Below are positions 59,989 to 64,000 of a stretch of 64,000 nt of DNA, one piece after another (the first letter of the stretch is position 1; every line of letters begins with the position of its first letter). This DNA comes from Penicillus capitatus. Lineage: Eukaryota > Plantae > Chlorophyta. The stretch spans positions 248,001 to 312,000 of the forward strand of contig OZ287697.1 in NCBI GenBank assembly GCA_965649825.1. Reading direction: 5' to 3'. Under the pieces are notes generated by a model, which ran no database searches, had not been told where the DNA came from, and saw only the letters and a list, made by a program, of their open reading frames with translations. Made by a program: the position numbers and the translations under genes.

Positions 59989-60880
59989 ACATGACACCAC
60001 CCTCTTTTCTTTGACAGTTAACTTCTGTTGACAGCGTTGCTGTCACATGCAGATCTCCTTTTTGATTCCGTCTGACAATGACTGACGCTTTCCAAACTTC
60101 AAGCTGTGCATGCAGTCTGTTAGCCTTTTTTATTTTTCAATGTTAGATCACGCTACGGCGTTGTGATCTGGTGATATCTGAAAGCTTGTTTCCAGAATGG
60201 GCCAATACGGGACGAAGCACAATGACAGTTAGCAACACATTGCATTCTTTCCGATCCTTCTGACGACGTACACGCACGGGGGGTTATTTCTTTTATCTCT
60301 GTTCCTGGGCTGTGCCTATGACGGAGATACAGCTACGAAAGCAGATCGCGGTCGACGTCACATATTGAACACCGTTGCTTCCCTTGCATGACCATTCCTG
60401 CGATTGCGTTGTGGACGATATCCCTATCGAAACAGAACATCGATTTCTTTTGACAGCTATGACAAAATCCTTCACTGCCAGGAAGTCCGTCTCTTATCGA
60501 GAACTGGATTTCGAATGCGTCTTTACTGGGCTATGGTCTCCTTGTCCTCTGACGATCGACGCCAGAAAATGGCGACGTGATGCTGTGTCAGCATTCTGCT
60601 CCTGCTGATGTAACAGAAAACGTTGTTGCCGGATGATACAGTACAGGTGGTCGAATGGATGGATGCGGTGAAGGGCTCGGCGATGGAGCGATCGATTTGA
60701 TCGAATTGAGACGACGTGCGGTTCAGATCTGCGAAATCGGGCCTATATGCACGCATGACGTCGTCTGTACGGGAAAATGCGTTGACGTAGCAGAGACACT
60801 AGCGGCCAACAATCGTTTGATTCTTTGCGTGGCCAGAGTTCCTTAACGAAACTCTCCAGAATAGGCAAACGTCATTTGCG

Positions 60881-62937
60881 ATGCGGGCGTTATTTTTTGC
60901 CGCTCTCCTTTTTGCCTTTTCCTGCGTCATCCGCAGTGCACCGCCAGAGGACCTTAGCAATTTCCAAAACGAATATGTATGCGATTCGGATGTTCGTCTC
61001 GTCAGGTGCGCACCGCCGCCGCCGACGAGGCCTCAGCGGACGCGGCTCGTGGTCTAGGCCGATGAGCGTCGCCGATATTCAGGAGGCCGTCAAGCTACAT
61101 TCCAATATCGTCCCTGTCGGTCTTGGGCATTCGTGGAATAAGGTCCGGTCCTGCGAAGCTGTCTGTCAGCCGCCATCCTTCTGACATCCGCGTTGTGGGC
61201 GTTAGGAATTTTTCTGCGCTGCCTCTCCGTCTAAGGGCAAGAAAACGAGTGCCAATATTGCGATGACCACGATAAGGCCGCTCACGATTGATATCGATGA
61301 GAGTGACCCTTCCGTCTGGGTCTCGGCAGGTGTCACCGTGTGGGACCTCATGCTGTACCTGGCGAACTACGTCACGCCGTCGTCTCCCAGAGGTCAGCCG
61401 CCACTGTCCGGCCTTCCTCAATACGATGCGATTTCTCACAGGGTATGCCATTGCTGCCCCTCCATCTTGTGTGAACCATACGATCGGCGGGGCTATTGCA
61501 ACGAACGCCCACGGAAGCAGTCTGATGCACGGGTCGCTATCGAATCAAGTGTTGGGCTTTAGGGTCGTCCTGGCCAATGGCACACTGGCAGAAATCTTTC
61601 CAGATACCTTTCCGCTATATTTCAGAGCTTTCCAGGTCAGCGTGGGACGACTTGGCGTGGTGACAGATGTCAAACTACGTATCGTGCCGGAAACGCCTAT
61701 GAAGAGAAAACAGCAGTCAGGAATTCCGCCGAAGGACTTCGTGCTGACACTCAGAGATGCTCAAGATCTGTACCGAACGTCCAAAACGCTGCCGGGCTGG
61801 CTGAACCAGGATCTCATGTTTACCTTTTCGTTGCGAGACTACACGGTAAGCCGCCGAATGCGCCGTGCCTGTATGAGTGTCATTGTGTGTCAGTTCACGA
61901 CGATCAGTCTCGAGCCGACGAGTGAAGTGCCAGTGCCCGAGAGGAAGAGAAAGAAGAGACAGGGCCAAGGGTTGGAGTACTCGCAACCGCTATTGGAAGC
62001 GTTGGACGTCAAGATGAACCATCATCTAAAACTCAATCGCCGGAAGAAAGGCCGCTCCATCGCCGCAGGCGTACAATGGACGAAACCCGTTTCGCTGCAA
62101 CCGGATCCTCGCTACGCAGATCTGAGAAATCTGAGAGAGTTTCAGGAACAGTCCGATCGGATAACGAAGCAGTTTTTGGGCAACACGACTGGCGAAACAC
62201 ACCAAACCGCACTCATCTATACAGAAGAACGTGCATCTGCGACGCAGAACGTTTTGCAGGATGTCTACGAAGTCGCCGTTCATGTGGATAAAATGGCAGA
62301 CTGCATTCAAGGACTGATCAATCTTTTACAAACAACGAAGCCTGACAACGGCCTCCGTTCCGCTCCGATGTTCCGATTCACTGGTAAAGAGGAAGGCTTG
62401 CTTTCCGCCTCCAGCGAGAAACCTGTCCTCTGGATCGAACTGATCGACAAAGTCTATTACAATCAGGGGTACGGTTACAGTGGGGACGATGCCTTCTGAT
62501 CTGCTCTGTCTGTTATGCAGGGTCAGGTCTGTCAATGTCCCGTTTAAGAAACTCATGGAGTATCTCGTGACGAGTCATCAGTGCACACCTGCCCGACTGC
62601 ATTGGGGCAAGGCGGGATGGCCAGATCGCGGTTGTTGGAATGGAGCCGAGCGCTTCATCCATACATGGTGCGATTTCGGCTGCGCTGTCCGCGACCTGGA
62701 CCCCGATGGTAAATTCGTTGGATCGGCCCCCGACAGGTAACGGAGTGCCTTCTTTTCGGTGCCCGATGTGAATGTCGTTCATCGTGTGGATCTAGGTGGA
62801 ATTGGAAGGGCGCGAATTTCGATGAGTGTTGTAGCGATTTCGGCTACGATTACATCCGCCAAGGCTGCGGATGTAACGTCAATCTGATTCGTGTCCCATC
62901 GGAGTGTCCAGAGGCTCCGTTTTACAGCAACCCCTAG
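60881..62937 (+). CDS. Secreted GULLO-like FAD oxidoreductase, paralog 6
   Basis: MRALFFAALLFAFSCVIRS signal, VGLGHSWN, AHGSSL, RLHWGK and tail PFYSNP*. Confidence 0.87.
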
Positions 62938-63291
62938 ATGTCGTCAATTCATGACATGTTGTTTTTTTCTAGCTACCCTTTGGCATAACTTCTCGCTGCG
63001 TCTATGCATTGCCGAGGGGAAATGATCGCGCGAGCATAAAGCGATCTTACTGTTGCGATTTCTCATTCGCATTTTGTCTGCATAAACTGAGGGTGGGTGG
63101 GTCATTGTTGGAGGCATCAAGGGTCTATGTCTTCTGCCGTTGGTGCCCAATGAAATCAGCACTGTCCGAGGTCACTCACTCTATCAACTGGTTTTGCACA
63201 TATCGTATCATGTGAGCACATCTCGCATCGTTTTGACGTCCCGTCGCCTTTAACTCGCTGGTTGGAACATAACGACACGATCTCAAGTTGA

Positions 63292-64000
63292 TCACTCCTT
63301 TGTTAAAGGGTCATCAAAACCTGGTTGCTCGAACTGTATGGACAATAAGTGCGTTGCTCTATGAAAGATGTCGATGAACATGCAAGCATTCCATGAGACG
63401 GTGATGTATAAGTCTCCTGGAAAGATACCGTGAATTCTGTTGTGATGTGACGTGTGACGATGAATATTTGTCACATCCGTTCGCTTCGGACGCCACGGCA
63501 GTCAAGGGACTGACTGTCCCGTTTGGCGCCTGGAGATGGTCTATCCCGTCCTCATCGATGCCGTGATGACGTCGCATCGTCATCTCATCCCCTGAACGAC
63601 GTCATGGATGCGAAATCATCCCGACGCCTTCCGATCATCCACATCGATCGACGCCGTGCATCGCGACCCGAACATCGCGTCATTCGGATGCCGAACAGAG
63701 GTTGCCTATCGACGATACGTTTCGCGTCGTGACGCGTGTGACGTTTGCAGGTGAAGGACACACCGAGTCCGCTGAAGACCACCAATGTGTCCTCACTCAA
63801 GACACCGGCACGTGTGGCGTCTTCGAAGTGCCATTGCCTTTGATGTCCTCCCAACTCAGTCGATGCCAATACTATTAGGTCAAACTGAAGAACGTGCGAA
63901 CGGCAGCAAGGACCTCGTTCACTGTATTCGCCAAACCGCGTTTCTCTTGTGTTTATCGAGAATGGTCGACACCTAAACGCGCGATCACATCTGCAGGGAG
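63292..64000 (-). CDS. Possible 3' part of an unidentified multi-exon gene entering from beyond the window
   Basis: Exon-like terminal frame (IHGIFPGDLYITVSWN...PLTKE*) after an acceptor-like site. The upstream exons are unresolved. Confidence 0.3.

Noticed and set aside
33308-62937. Missing Glu of the GULO/GLDH E-x-R motif as a novelty
   Set aside because: As I recall, plant GULLO-like proteins also have a hydrophobic residue there, so only the variation among paralogs is reported.
1-64000. tRNA, rRNA or snRNA genes; reassigned TAA/TAG code
   Set aside because: No cloverleaf or rRNA signature was recognised by eye (tRNAscan/Infernal not run). TAA and TAG end conserved proteins and do not interrupt exons.

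Overview
Compact, intron-dense eukaryotic nuclear DNA (roughly balanced GC, mostly 45-60 nt GT-AG introns, a few GC-AG). The standard code is used (TAA/TAG act as stops). Plastid-targeted and plant-GULLO-like genes point to a green alga, possibly a siphonous ulvophyte (inference only). 1-30 kb is a tightly packed mostly housekeeping block: a long ankyrin-repeat gene built one repeat per exon, a secreted trypsin-like protease, a cytochrome P450, DNAJC21, a MORN protein, a plastid membrane protein, a DnaJ-type zinc finger, an NPF-repeat coiled-coil protein, a MYST acetyltransferase, DNAJC9, an acetyl-CoA-transporter-like MFS, UTP4 and AP-2 alpha-adaptin. 30-64 kb is an accessory region. It holds six paralogous secreted FAD-linked aldonolactone-oxidase-like (GULLO-like) genes with diversified flavin-attachment and active-site residues, a secreted Cys-rich ankyrin-like gene, and a decayed LINE RT fragment. 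It also holds a full-length Ty3/Gypsy element (identical 139-bp LTRs, probable -1 frameshift, degenerate dUTPase-like domain) whose protease is split by a 340-bp solo LTR. A second solo LTR of that family lies at 7034-7371. No rRNA, tRNA or CRISPR array was recognised. Exon structures were read by eye, so gene boundaries are approximate and no database search was run.
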